Source: an uncultured Phycisphaerales bacterium (lineage in GTDB: Bacteria > Planctomycetota > Phycisphaerae > Tepidisphaerales > Tepidisphaeraceae). Taken from it: a stretch of DNA of 64,000 nucleotides. The stretch spans positions 3,136,001-3,200,000 of the forward strand of contig CAVWLP010000002.1 of NCBI GenBank assembly GCA_963755915.1, in the 5' to 3' direction. Below the pieces are notes generated by a model that was given only the letters and a program-made list of their open reading frames with translations, was not told the DNA's origin and searched no databases. Positions 10,031 to 20,234 of the stretch are shown here, piece after piece (position 1 is the first letter of the stretch; each line of letters begins with the position of its first letter). Position numbers and translations under genes: made by a program.

Positions 10031-12403
10031 TTAGGCGGGTGAGTGAGCGCAATAGGTTTGCCAGATGGATCGGTAGGCTTTTTCGACATGACGAGTAAAG
10101 CGTTGCGCGTCCATGATGGGGGAGTTTTCCATTCGTGAGCGTAATGTTTGTCGCAAGTCGGCGAGATGAGGCAGATCGTTCGCGAGGCTGGTGGCCGCTT
10201 GAATATATTGCTCGGGCGAATGGGCGATCAATTTGGGTAATCCCAGATTGGTGGATTGCGAGAGGCCCGCTCTTCCCACAACGGTATCTCCGACGAGGGT
10301 TACGACCGGCACGCCCATCCACAATGCGTCGAGGGTCGTGGTGTGGCCGTTATAGGGAATGGTGTCGAGGCCGATGTCGATGCGATGATAGATTTCGAGA
10401 TATTGGCGGCGCGGACATGGACTGACGCACTCGACGCGATCGCTATCAATTCCCTCGCGCCGCAAGGTTGCGAACATGGTTTGACGATGCATTCCTTCGG
10501 GGCATAGGACAATCAATCGCGAACCATCAATGGCGTTGAGGATCTGGGCCCATAGTCGCAAGACCTGTTCGTTGACCTTGCAGAAGTTGTTCAAACACCC
10601 GAACGTCAAATGGCCGAGCGTTCGCGCGGGCAATGGATTGGCGTCAATCCCGGTGACCAATGGTTGGTAACACCAGAAGGTTTCGGGCAGACGAATTGAG
10701 GTTTCGGAATAGAAATGGTCGTGAAATCCGGGCGGGTCCAGGTGAGGATCAGTGAAGCGATAGTCGATCGTATCCAGGCCAGTTGAACCGGGGTATCCGG
10801 CGAATGTCGCCTGGATCGGGGCGGGCTTAAGGGCAAAAACCCGCAGGCGCCCGCGAGCCATGTGAAGCGCTAAATCGACCAGAATATCGATGCGATCATG
10901 GCGGATGAGTTCCGCGACGGGCGCGTTGGGCTGGCCGGAAATACTGCGCCAAACATGGGCGTAGCCGCGAAATTGCTCGGTCATGGGGTCGGAACGGGCA
11001 TTATTGGAATAGCAGAAGATCTCGAAGCGGCTGTGGTCGTGTTGGCGAAACAGAGGAAGCAGATTCTGTCCAACGACGTGATCGCGAAAATCGGGAGATA
11101 CATAACCTATGCGCAAGCGGCGATCGGGATCGCGATCGTTGGCGTGTGGCCGAATTTTGTGCTTGAGCGGATCGGCATGCTGCTTGGCCCAGCGCCGGCA
11201 TTCATGCAGAACGATGGGCGCGTCGTAATCTGAATTAAACAGCATGCAATAGATCAGATTACTGTGCGCATCGGCATGATCCGGCTGAAGCTCGATTGCG
11301 CGGCGATACGAATCGATCGCGCCGTTTAAATCACCACCGTCCTTCAACGCAGTTCCGAGATTGTTAAACGCGCCGGCGAAGTCGGGCTGGAGTCGAATGG
11401 CCTGGCGATATGCGGTAATCGCATCATCGAGCTGCCGATTTTCGCGTAATGCGTTTCCCAGATTGCAGTGAATCTCTGCGAGATTGGGATCGAGGTAAAT
11501 GGCGTGGCGAAATGCGGCGATTGCTTCGTTCAATTGCCCCAGATCTGCCAGCGCGTTGCCGACGTTGTTGTGCGGACCGGCCTGCGTCGGGTCGAGTTGT
11601 ACTGCTTCCCGATAACTTGCGAGCGCCTCTTTTGTCTGTCCCGTATCTCTCAGGGTATTTCCCAGGTCGATGTGAAACCGGGCAGTTTTGGGACTCAGAC
11701 GGATCGCGTTCCGAAATTCGGTGATTGCCTCGTTCGTGTGTCCCACGGCGACCAGGACGTTGGCGAGATTGCCGTGAGCGTCAGCGAACGAGGGTTGGAT
11801 TTCGATGGCGCGTTGAAAACAGGCAATGGCCTGGTCTGGACGTTTGGTCCGCAGCAGCGCGTTGCCGAGGTTGTTGTGGATCGCCGCGTTGTTAGGGAGG
11901 AGGCGAAGCGACTGGCGATAGCAGACAATTGCCTCGTCGAACTGGAATTTGTCGATCAAAGCGTTTGCGAGGTTGCCATACGCTTCGGCAAAGTTTGGAT
12001 TGATTCGGATCGCCTGGCGGTATGCGGCGATTGCTTCGTCGACTTGTCCGTTATCTTTCAGCGTGACGCCGAGATTGTTGCAGGCCGCGGCGTGATTCGG
12101 CTGAAGCTCAAGGGCGTGACGATAGGTGCTGATGGCTTCGCTGCGCCGTCCGCTATTTTGGAGCGAGATGCCGAGGTCGTAATGCATGTCGGGGCGATTG
12201 GGGGCCAATGCGATCGCCGCGCGGATCATCTGAATTGCGTCGTCCAGTCGTCCGGCCTGACCGGACAGAACCCCCAACATATGCAGGGTCTCCGCATGAG
12301 AAGGATGCTGGGTCAGAATCTCCCGATAGATTCGCTCCGCCTCGGGGAATCGGCCGGCCCGATGATGCGACAAGGCAAGTTCAAACTGCTGCTGAATCGT
12401 CAT
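10031..12403 (-). CDS. TPR + GT41 (SPINDLY/OGT-like) glycosyltransferase, copy 2 (~11 TPRs), intact
   Basis: 790 aa; TPR array; RIGYVSPDFRDHVVG, FGCLNNFCKV, DIGLDTIPYNGHTTTLDALWMGVPV. Confidence 0.9.
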   Translation of the reverse strand: MTIQQQFELALSHHRAGRFPEAERIYREILTQHPSHAETLHMLGVLSGQAGRLDDAIQMIRAAIALAPNRPDMHYDLGISLQNSGRRSEAISTYRHALELQPNHAAACNNLGVTLKDNGQVDEAIAAYRQAIRINPNFAEAYGNLANALIDKFQFDEAIVCYRQSLRLLPNNAAIHNNLGNALLRTKRPDQAIACFQRAIEIQPSFADAHGNLANVLVAVGHTNEAITEFRNAIRLSPKTARFHIDLGNTLRDTGQTKEALASYREAVQLDPTQAGPHNNVGNALADLGQLNEAIAAFRHAIYLDPNLAEIHCNLGNALRENRQLDDAITAYRQAIRLQPDFAGAFNNLGTALKDGGDLNGAIDSYRRAIELQPDHADAHSNLIYCMLFNSDYDAPIVLHECRRWAKQHADPLKHKIRPHANDRDPDRRLRIGYVSPDFRDHVVGQNLLPLFRQHDHSRFEIFCYSNNARSDPMTEQFRGYAHVWRSISGQPNAPVAELIRHDRIDILVDLALHMARGRLRVFALKPAPIQATFAGYPGSTGLDTIDYRFTDPHLDPPGFHDHFYSETSIRLPETFWCYQPLVTGIDANPLPARTLGHLTFGCLNNFCKVNEQVLRLWAQILNAIDGSRLIVLCPEGMHRQTMFATLRREGIDSDRVECVSPCPRRQYLEIYHRIDIGLDTIPYNGHTTTLDALWMGVPVVTLVGDTVVGRAGLSQSTNLGLPKLIAHSPEQYIQAATSLANDLPHLADLRQTLRSRMENSPIMDAQRFTRHVEKAYRSIWQTYCAHSPA

Positions 12404-12427
12404 GTGTTTCGCAGAGCGAGCGGATTC

Positions 12428-13102
12428 TCATTCAAATTGCACGGTTCCGAAACATTCGGGTAAATGGAAATTGAGTTCCTCTCCCATCGGCGCCCAACTC
12501 GCCCAATGAGGATGGGAGCTTTGGTCAGCGCATTTGTAGAAATTGCAACGCCAGGACGATTGAGCGAGAGCGGCGAGCGGGCCGGTGTAGTGTTCCAGCA
12601 CCTCCAACGGTATTGTGCAGGTGACGCTCCAGGGAGTTGGATCGGTGCGCTCGGGCGTTACGATGGAGGGCAGCGAGTGAAAAACCGAAAGCCGTTTCGC
12701 GTGGTGCGGGGCGATCGGGGTAAATTTTGCCAGTCCTGTGGGCGTGCGCGTGGAGTCCTGCACGTAATAGAAGAGGAATGTCCCGCCGCAGTTGATCTCG
12801 AGATTAAAATAGGCCGGTCCTTTCAGCGGCTGGAAAAAGAATTCAACGCAACTGTCCTGATAAACGGAATCCTGAAACGATGTGTGCTTGCAAATGACAT
12901 ATCGGTCGTTGACTTCAAATCGAATGTGGAGGCTGGCAAGATCGTGAAGCATCCGCACGCGCGTGCGCGGCCGATGATCGCTGCTTTTTGGATGAAAGTG
13001 ACTGATCTCGAGCTCCTGCGTGCCGGACCAGAGTGGGTCTGATAGGTCCATGGCGCCGGCAGCGGGGGGCGAAACGCGGCGGACGATATACGATTCTCTC
13101 AT
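12428..13102 (-). CDS. Carbohydrate-binding family 9-like (CBM9/DOMON-like) protein
   Basis: LHIRFEVND, VYQDSCVEFF, YFNLEINCGG, WRCNFYKCAD, NFHLPECFG motifs; no signal peptide. Confidence 0.75.
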   Translation of the reverse strand: MRESYIVRRVSPPAAGAMDLSDPLWSGTQELEISHFHPKSSDHRPRTRVRMLHDLASLHIRFEVNDRYVICKHTSFQDSVYQDSCVEFFFQPLKGPAYFNLEINCGGTFLFYYVQDSTRTPTGLAKFTPIAPHHAKRLSVFHSLPSIVTPERTDPTPWSVTCTIPLEVLEHYTGPLAALAQSSWRCNFYKCADQSSHPHWASWAPMGEELNFHLPECFGTVQFE

Positions 13103-13159
13103 TGAAGTAGAAAATTACTCTGGATGGGATAGGAGCGACAGATTCTCCGCGGAAACGTT

Positions 13160-14518
13160 CTAACGCGCGTTGCCCGGCGCGGCCGATTGAAGTTTTTTTT
13201 GGGCCAGCGCCATCGTCTCCTCGAACACCTGGAGCGATTCGGCGCGATCGGCTGCTGAAGCTCCGCGGCGATAAGCTTCGATGCAATGCTCGGCCTCGGT
13301 TCGAAAGCGCACGGGTGCACGCGTATCGCCGCGCTTCTTTAGAAAATGACCAAGCCATTTCGAACCGTAGTGGGCGTGGATCTGCTCGTCGGCCCAGTCG
13401 AAATCCATGTCGTGACTGCTGACTCGATCCCCTGCTTGCCCGAAGATTTTCATCCGCTGGGACTTTGTATGGATATAGGTGCTCTCGAAATAGAAAATAA
13501 TACCCAGGCGTGTCAGGGCATCTGATTCAGCCCCGGCATTGTAGGAAAACGCACAAAGGGGCATCTGGTCGAGGGTAAATCCCCACTCCCGCAATCGGGT
13601 GAATCCCATGCGGCAATGCCTGATCTCGTCGTAGCACCAGCGGGCCGCGTCGACCAGGAACTCGTGATCCGCCTCGGCGCTCAAGTCGTACAAACAGGCT
13701 GCGGCCATTTCGGCGGCCCAGACCTCGTTGAGATGATGGACGGCCTGTCGAACCTGGAGGCGCAGCTCCTCGCCCGCGCCGAATTTGGGATCGAGCATGT
13801 CGGGCCAGGCAAACTTCAGGAGCCGGAACCGCGCATTGCGCTCACCGAGCCGCTGAATCGAAAACGGTTTTCCGCCGAATCGGGATGGATTGAATTCCCC
13901 GGTGGACTGCGTTGGGGACTGCGTCGGGGCCAAAAGGTTGCCGACGGCCCTGGACCAGCGCTCCAAGCCTTCGCACCAATGTTCGATTGATTTTGCGCGG
14001 TCAGGGAATACCGCCTGGAGATCGGCGGAAGCGGCTTGGGCTCGCGTGAGCTGGTGATCGATGTCTTCGATCGCTTGTGTAAGGATTCGGATTGTCGGGC
14101 CGTCATCGAGATGATCCGCCTGCTGAAGATAAGCAGAGAGCGCCGCGCGAAACAGCGGCTTGACGATTCGCCAAAGCCCCTGGGTGAAGGCCTCGCCGCT
14201 GGGCGCATCGGCGAACTTTGACCACAGCTCAACCAGGGATTCATCGGGGGGAAGATCGATTTCGCGGAGGGGATATCGAAGTTCGAGGACGCGCTGCCGC
14301 AGCTCATTGCAGATGACGGCATCCTGCCAAAGAAATTCGGGCAGCAGGAGCTTGGATTGCCAGTGGGTGACTCCGGGCATCCAGCCGGCGGCGAGGCGGA
14401 CGAGTTCGCGCTGGAGCCAGTAAAATCGCTTGAGTATCGAGGCGGAGTCAGCGACCATGAGCAAGCCGCGGCTCTTGTCGCCGGGCGTCAGCAGGCCGGT
14501 GTTATGGGAAGAGGACAC
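13160..14518 (-). CDS. DUF455-like ferritin-superfamily (putative diiron) protein with a duplicated helical bundle
   Basis: HHLNEVWAAE, DEIRHCRMG, FYFE, DWADEQIHAHYGSKWL carboxylate/His motifs in the C-half. GTG start at 14518 preferred over TTG 14584. Confidence 0.7.
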   Translation of the reverse strand: MSSSHNTGLLTPGDKSRGLLMVADSASILKRFYWLQRELVRLAAGWMPGVTHWQSKLLLPEFLWQDAVICNELRQRVLELRYPLREIDLPPDESLVELWSKFADAPSGEAFTQGLWRIVKPLFRAALSAYLQQADHLDDGPTIRILTQAIEDIDHQLTRAQAASADLQAVFPDRAKSIEHWCEGLERWSRAVGNLLAPTQSPTQSTGEFNPSRFGGKPFSIQRLGERNARFRLLKFAWPDMLDPKFGAGEELRLQVRQAVHHLNEVWAAEMAAACLYDLSAEADHEFLVDAARWCYDEIRHCRMGFTRLREWGFTLDQMPLCAFSYNAGAESDALTRLGIIFYFESTYIHTKSQRMKIFGQAGDRVSSHDMDFDWADEQIHAHYGSKWLGHFLKKRGDTRAPVRFRTEAEHCIEAYRRGASAADRAESLQVFEETMALAQKKLQSAAPGNAR

Positions 14519-14580
14519 GTTACGTCCGCCGTCCTTGAAGAAATCCGCTGGAGCGATACAATTTCGTCGGAATTCTTCTA

Positions 14581-14603
14581 ACACGAAACGATTCGTATGT
14601 CAA
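14581..14603. promoter_or_regulatory. LacI-type operator ACACGAAACGATTCGT (14581-14596) inside a leftward sigma70-like promoter (TTGACA-N17-TAGAAG)
   Basis: Quasi-palindrome with central CG directly abutting the LacI ATG; identical 16-mer at 16265-16280. Confidence 0.75.
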
Positions 14604-15664
14604 GGCAACCCTCGGCGACGCGCAAGGTGCAGATGGCGGACGTGGCCCGCGCGGCGGGGGTCTCGCTCTCCACCGCGAGTGAGGTCCTGGCCGGCCGCGA
14701 TCGCGGCTGGATCGGCGCCGAAACTCGGGCGCGGGTGCTGAAGGTAGCGGAAAAGCTACAGTATTCGCCGAACATCGTCGCGCGAAGCCTTCGGAGCCAG
14801 TCGAGCAAAGTGCTGGGACTGATTTTCCCCGGGATGGTCAACGATTATGTGGTTCAGACGGCGGAAGCGATCTATGACGCTGCCGATCGGGAGGGGTATA
14901 AGGTTCTGCTCACGCCTGTGCGCAGCGATGATGCGGCGGTTCAGTCGAACACGATCGCCGAGCTTGGGGGCCGAATGGTGGAAGGGATTTTCATTCTTTC
15001 TCCCTACCGGCCGTGGCTGACCGACGATCAGCTGACTGCGGCGCCCGCGGTTCTGATCGACACGGTCACGATGCATCCGCCCTCGCCACGCATCCGGCAT
15101 GTCCACGTGGATCGATCGATAGGGGTTGAGCAAGCGATTGCGGAGGTTCTGAGAAGCGGAAGAAGGCGCATACTGGCAGTGCTTGACCTGCACGAAGGGC
15201 GTGACGGCCGTGCGCGCACGGGGCCTGAGAAGCTTGCGGGTTGCCGCCGCGCCCATGAGAAAGGGGGAGTTGATTTCCCCCAGGATCTCATCTTTCGCGT
15301 CCCGCTCAAAGATGCCTGGAATGTGGAAGAGGGATGCGAAATCGGTCGGCAAATCATTGAAAAGGGATTGCGATTCGACGCGCTGTTCGCAAATAACGAC
15401 CAGTTGGCCATCGGGATAATGGAAGAATTGATTAAAAGTGGCCGAAAAGTCCCGGGGGACGTTGCCATCGTCGGATTCGGCGACCAGCCGGCGTGCCTCG
15501 TTTCATCGGTGCGGTTATCGAGCGTTGGAGTGCGCGTCGGGCGTCTCGCCGACGGAGCGATCGCTCAAATGCTGGATCTTTTGAGCAGAAAAGAGGAGAA
15601 GAAGTCGATCGACACAATTGTCGCCAGCGAGTTCATGCCCCGGGCAAGCTCGGCGGCGCTGTAA
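14597..15664 (+). CDS. LacI family transcriptional regulator
   Basis: HTH MADVARAAGVSLSTASEVL, hinge YSPNIVARSL, FANNDQLAIG, DVAIVGFGD. Confidence 0.93.
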   Translation: MSRQPSATRKVQMADVARAAGVSLSTASEVLAGRDRGWIGAETRARVLKVAEKLQYSPNIVARSLRSQSSKVLGLIFPGMVNDYVVQTAEAIYDAADREGYKVLLTPVRSDDAAVQSNTIAELGGRMVEGIFILSPYRPWLTDDQLTAAPAVLIDTVTMHPPSPRIRHVHVDRSIGVEQAIAEVLRSGRRRILAVLDLHEGRDGRARTGPEKLAGCRRAHEKGGVDFPQDLIFRVPLKDAWNVEEGCEIGRQIIEKGLRFDALFANNDQLAIGIMEELIKSGRKVPGDVAIVGFGDQPACLVSSVRLSSVGVRVGRLADGAIAQMLDLLSRKEEKKSIDTIVASEFMPRASSAAL

Positions 15665-15683
15665 ATCCGCGCAGAGACCGCGA

Positions 15684-16195
15684 TCACGGAGTGACCATCG
15701 TCAGATTGTTCTTTGAACCGTCAGGGCAGCGCACGTCGGTGATTCGAATGGAGCGGCTGATATCACTGAAATCGGTCCAGTCGCGGTCTCCCGGCGCTTG
15801 ATCTGGATTCCCTGCATTGAAGTTTGCAGTTTGGCCATGCCCTGGGCCGCGTCAGTGGGGGAAGCGTTGTTGCGAATCTGGTCAAGTTTGCCAGGTGTAA
15901 ACCGCTCAAGATATCCAACCCAGGTGGTCTTTCCGCCATCGCAGGTGAAGACACAGGCAAGGTAGGCGGTTTTGCCGTCCTTCTGGAAGGGGGGAAGATT
16001 ATCCGCCGAATCGGTAAATAGCGCGGCTTTGGCGGCGTCGGGCGAGCTGTCGTCGGTTGTGAAATAGGCCTTGGTTGGCATGGAGGTCGGGACGCCTGTT
16101 CGCAATGTTCTGAAGACGCCTATGAAAATGCCCAGAACGGCAAGCACAATCAGGGCGGCTGCCCACCGCGGATGTGAATTGATTGTTTCGCGCAT
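15684..16195 (-). CDS. Small membrane-anchored hypothetical protein (probable 1-nt frameshift ~15791)
   Basis: One N-terminal TM helix, then KAYFTTDD...LPPFQKDGKTAY.A.VFTCDGGKT.WVGYLER. Correcting the frame gives IKRPGDRDWTDF...VRCPDGSKNNLTMVTP* ending at 15684. Confidence 0.6.
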
Positions 16196-16264
16196 GATTT
16201 AATTGCTCGCAGAAAAGGCCAGCGGGCGCTTCGGCGGGGCGGACGGGCGGAGCGAATTTCGCTG

Positions 16265-16316
16265 ACACGAAACGATTCGTTTAAGGGAAATCTACATTGT
16301 ATTCGGTTTCTGTCAA
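16265..16316. promoter_or_regulatory. Second LacI operator (16265-16280) downstream of a leftward promoter TTGACA-N16-TAGATT
   Basis: Exact copy of the 14581-14596 16-mer, in the divergent intergenic region. Confidence 0.72.
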
Positions 16317-16342
16317 GATAAAATCCGCCCGCAGGTAATCTA

Positions 16343-17215
16343 ATGAAGATGCAAACGTGCCAGATTCCAAGCAGCCGGGATGGGGAAAAGCAGTCGCTGC
16401 GCTACGTTGCCGGCGGGAAGAGATTTCCGCTGGTGGTTTTTCTGCACACCTGGAGCGGAAGCTGCGAAATGGAGGAACCAGCGTGGGTTGAATTGGCGCG
16501 GGAGCGGAATTGGTCGCTGATTCAACCGGATTATCGGGGGCCTAATGTTCGTCCCGAAGCGTGCGGATCGGATCTTGCGCAGCAGGATATACTTGACGCG
16601 GTGCAGTGGGCAAAAGGCGAATTTTCGGCCTCGGCGGATCGCGTTTTTCTGATGGGCGTTTCAGGGGGCGGGCACATGGCGATGCTGATGGCCGCGAGAC
16701 ATCCGAAAATGTGGGCGGCGGTCAGCGAGTGGGTAGGAATTTCGGATTTGCGGCAATGGTATTTCGAGCATCTCCGCGACGGCGAGCCCGAGTCCTATGC
16801 GCAGAACATAATGGCCTGCGTCGGCGGGGCGCCGGGAACGACATCGGCGGATGTGCAACTTAGGCTTCGCTCGCCGTTGGGCCAGCTTGCGTCCGCGAAG
16901 GATGTGCCGATTGATTTCAATGCCGGAATTCATGATGGACACACGGGGTCGGTTCCGATTCACCATACCCTGGATGCGTTCAACGAGATTGCCGCCGCCG
17001 TCGGCGCTGCGGCGGTCACCGCGCGTGAAATTCAGCAGCTTGGCAGGAGAAGCAACCTGGCTGATCCGCTGGATTCTAATCGGGTCGAAGATGCTGTTTA
17101 TGGTCGGAAAATTCACCTTCGGCGCCACGCTGGCAAATCGCGCGTGACCATCTTCGAAGGGGGCCACGAGGGCCTGCCGGCCGCCGCGTTTGACTGGTTC
17201 GACCGGCACAACTGA
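16343..17215 (+). CDS. Alpha/beta hydrolase (S9/esterase-like)
   Basis: VVFLHTWSG, nucleophile GVSGGG, FEGGHE catalytic His. Confidence 0.8.
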   Translation: MKMQTCQIPSSRDGEKQSLRYVAGGKRFPLVVFLHTWSGSCEMEEPAWVELARERNWSLIQPDYRGPNVRPEACGSDLAQQDILDAVQWAKGEFSASADRVFLMGVSGGGHMAMLMAARHPKMWAAVSEWVGISDLRQWYFEHLRDGEPESYAQNIMACVGGAPGTTSADVQLRLRSPLGQLASAKDVPIDFNAGIHDGHTGSVPIHHTLDAFNEIAAAVGAAAVTAREIQQLGRRSNLADPLDSNRVEDAVYGRKIHLRRHAGKSRVTIFEGGHEGLPAAAFDWFDRHN

Positions 17216-17247
17216 GCGCGGAACTTTCCCTACCACGGAGGCGATGC

Positions 17248-19153
17248 GTGAAGGGTAAGGCAATTTGGTGGGTTTCACCTTCGCTCCTCGAACCGATCGA
17301 CGGGCCGTGGGGAACCGTCGAGAGCTTCGGGGATGATTCGGTTCTCGCATGGCGAGGCATCATCGATTGGGCCGCCAGCCTGAACGTCGATCGCATCATC
17401 ACCGGCGTCGAGCCGTATATGACGGACCGCGTGGTGGGGCAGTGGCCATTTCATTACGTCTGTCGTTTTCCACACGATGCCAGCGCCCGCTGTTTTGATA
17501 CTGCGACCATCGAGCGAAATATCGAAACTTCGCGCCAGATCGCCGCATACGGCCTGGCCAGGAAAGTCAAAATATTTTTGCACCATTACAACTTTATGGC
17601 GCCGGAGACATGGGTTAATGCACACAAGGATTTGGCCCAAAAGCTTGACGCCGTCGACGATCCGATGTGGGGACGGCGGTTTCATCCCGACCGCATGGGA
17701 TTCCTAGTCGCTCACATTTGCTGGAGCGATCCACAGTACCGCGAATTTCTTGGCCGCTGCTGGGATGAGCTGTTCGCGAATATTCCCGAGCTTTCAGGCC
17801 TGATGGTGACGCCCGGGGAATTCAGTTATTGCCGATGCGCTGCGTGCGCTTTGGGGAGAACGCAAAGTATCTTTGATTCACATGACGGAACATCGTCGGC
17901 GACGGCGAATCCTCGCTTGCGGTTAAGCATCGACCTGATCGAATCCGTCCGGCGCGCCTGCGATGTTGCCAAAAAAGAGCTTATCGTCCGGACGTGGGGC
18001 ATGGAGCCGTGGGCGCGGCAATTGCCGTCCGGCATCGAGTACGCGACCAAGTTTTCCGTGTTTGATGCCTGCTGGTCTGGTCCCGATCCGTCGGCGCTGG
18101 AATATTCCCGGGCGGGCCACCGCGCCTGGATGATGCAGGCGATCGAGGCGGAAAATTCGGGACCGCTTCTGTGGCATGACGAAAGCTGGGCACGAGATTC
18201 CGCCAGAAGGCTTAACGAATGCGACACGCCGGGCACGATCGTTCACATCAACCTCCATTGGGGCCATCGCGGCCAATGCAGCAGCTTCATTTCCTCGCGA
18301 AATATCCAGCGATTGCTGGAAAACCTGGAACCGCGCGTTGAGGCGCCAGCAGGAAACGAACCCAGTCGTTCGCGCGGAATTCCGGCAATTTTTTGGCGAT
18401 GGCCAGGGTGACAGGGTTTGCGAGGCGGCAAAACTCATCGCGGCCGTTCCCCTGAATATGACAGCGATCCTGCACCTTCAGCGCGAAGGTTTCACGTTTC
18501 ACCTTCAGCCCTGGTTCGACGGGAAATGGCGCTGGCCCGGTGTGCTGGGCGACAGCCAGATGGACCCTCCGCAGTGGGCGAACCCCGATGGGGTGATTAC
18601 GCTGGGCGCGCTGCTTGGGACGGTCGAGCAAAATCCGGCGTCGCTGGAAAAAGTCGTTGCGGGTGCGCCTGGGGATGTAATCGGACGCCTCGATTTTCTG
18701 GCCGCCGGCGCGGAACGCGCGACCGGCATTTTGGAAGGGGTGCAACCACCCACATCGGCGATCGCCCGCTCGGAGTTGCAGCAACTGCTCATCACGGCGC
18801 GAATTGCGCATCTTTTTGCGATGGAAACTGCCGCGTCGCTGCGAGCACGGATAGCCTGGCAGATCGTGAAAACGAGCGAAGACGATCGCCTGGCCGAAAG
18901 CGCTCGGGCGAATGCCGCACAATTCTATGAGACTTGCGTGGAATTCTTACGCGGCCAGCTCGGCTTGGGTCTTTCGCTGTGCAGCTATTTTCCCGATTAC
19001 CTTTGCCATGTCGTGGAATCGCATGAGACCTTCTATCGCCTGCCGCTGGCGACCCGATTGAAAATCCGCCGGGAAGAATTGCGACTGATCCGCTCGCTGG
19101 CGCGGCCTATCCGTCCGGCAGGCATGACGATTGATTTGAATGAGTTGCGTTGA
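17248..19153 (+). CDS. Hypothetical TIM-barrel glycoside-hydrolase-like protein, distant paralog of 35216-37828 (frameshift ~18373)
   Basis: WPFHYVC, IFLHHYNFMAPETW, LFANIPELSGLMVTPGE and LIVRTWG align by eye with HPFPYFC, LFWHFYNIYVCPSF, FANAFPEVGFVACAGE and LIVRQWS. Confidence 0.55.
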
Positions 19154-19174
19154 AGGCAATCCTCCTGCCAACCA

Positions 19175-20221
19175 TCACACCTCTGCCAGGTATTTGCGGA
19201 AAAATGGAATCGACTTGTTCCCGCCCCAGCGATGCCCATCGCCAAATCGATCGAGTTCGAGGCGTTCCGATATACCGGCGGCTGCATAAATCTTTTGCAG
19301 CTCTTCCCAGCAACTGTTCGCGTTCTCGACAAGGAAGCAGTCGTCATGAACGCCGATTTCGATCAGCAGCGGCTTGGGCGCGATCAGTCCCTGGAGATCG
19401 GGCACATCGCACAGTTCGTAAATCCCGGGCGTGATCTGGCTCCCGCAGATGTTCAAATCGCGGAATCCGAACTTGGCAAAGCGATCGCTGTAACAGATCA
19501 CATCGGCGGCTTTAACGCGCTCGTCGCAGATGGCCATCCAGGTTGTCATCGTTCCGCCAAAGGAAAGGCCCATGACGCCGATTCGGTTCGGATCTACATA
19601 GTCCTGCTCGCAGAGATAGTTGATTGCGCATTTGCCGTCGTGGATGTCCATGCCCAGCACGGTGTAGCCGAGCATGGAAGCGCGAAGATAGTGCAAATTG
19701 CAAAGGTCGCGCCCTTCCGCGCCCTTCCATAAAAAGGGCCGCTCGCGGTCGTCGCGTTCGCCGAACCCGCGCCAATCAATCGCCATGGTGACAAACCCAG
19801 CCTTCGCCATTTGCAGGCCGTAGTCGTAGTTGAATCGCGAAATATTTGCGACGAGCGCATCAGATGAACGAACGCCCATCACCGCTTCCTTGCCATAGGG
19901 ACCGTGCCCGTGACATGCGAGAATTGCGGGAAGTTTTCCGGTCGTACCCGAAGGCCGAAAAACATAAGCGGTCACGGAAAGCCCGGGCTCAACGTCGATG
20001 AAAATCTTCTGTTTAATGAGGCCGTCTTCTTCCCACTGGCAGATCAGCCCGGGGTTTAGGGGAACGGATGGCGGAATTTGGCCCAGCGATTGAAGAAGTC
20101 GAGGCCGCAGCGCATTGCGCCATTTGCGCCAATCCGGGACTGAATTTCCGGCAAAGCGAAATTGGGGGTGATGCTGGGCCGCGTATTGATTGAAGAGCTG
20201 GTTGATTGACAGATTGCGCAC
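19175..20221 (-). CDS. Alpha/beta hydrolase (dienelactone hydrolase/acetyl-xylan-esterase-like)
   Basis: PAILACHGHG, IDWRGFGER, nucleophile GLSFGG, LIAPKPLLIE, DGHRW. Confidence 0.82.
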   Translation of the reverse strand: MRNLSINQLFNQYAAQHHPQFRFAGNSVPDWRKWRNALRPRLLQSLGQIPPSVPLNPGLICQWEEDGLIKQKIFIDVEPGLSVTAYVFRPSGTTGKLPAILACHGHGPYGKEAVMGVRSSDALVANISRFNYDYGLQMAKAGFVTMAIDWRGFGERDDRERPFLWKGAEGRDLCNLHYLRASMLGYTVLGMDIHDGKCAINYLCEQDYVDPNRIGVMGLSFGGTMTTWMAICDERVKAADVICYSDRFAKFGFRDLNICGSQITPGIYELCDVPDLQGLIAPKPLLIEIGVHDDCFLVENANSCWEELQKIYAAAGISERLELDRFGDGHRWGGNKSIPFFRKYLAEV

Positions 20222-20234
20222 GTTCGATCTCCTT

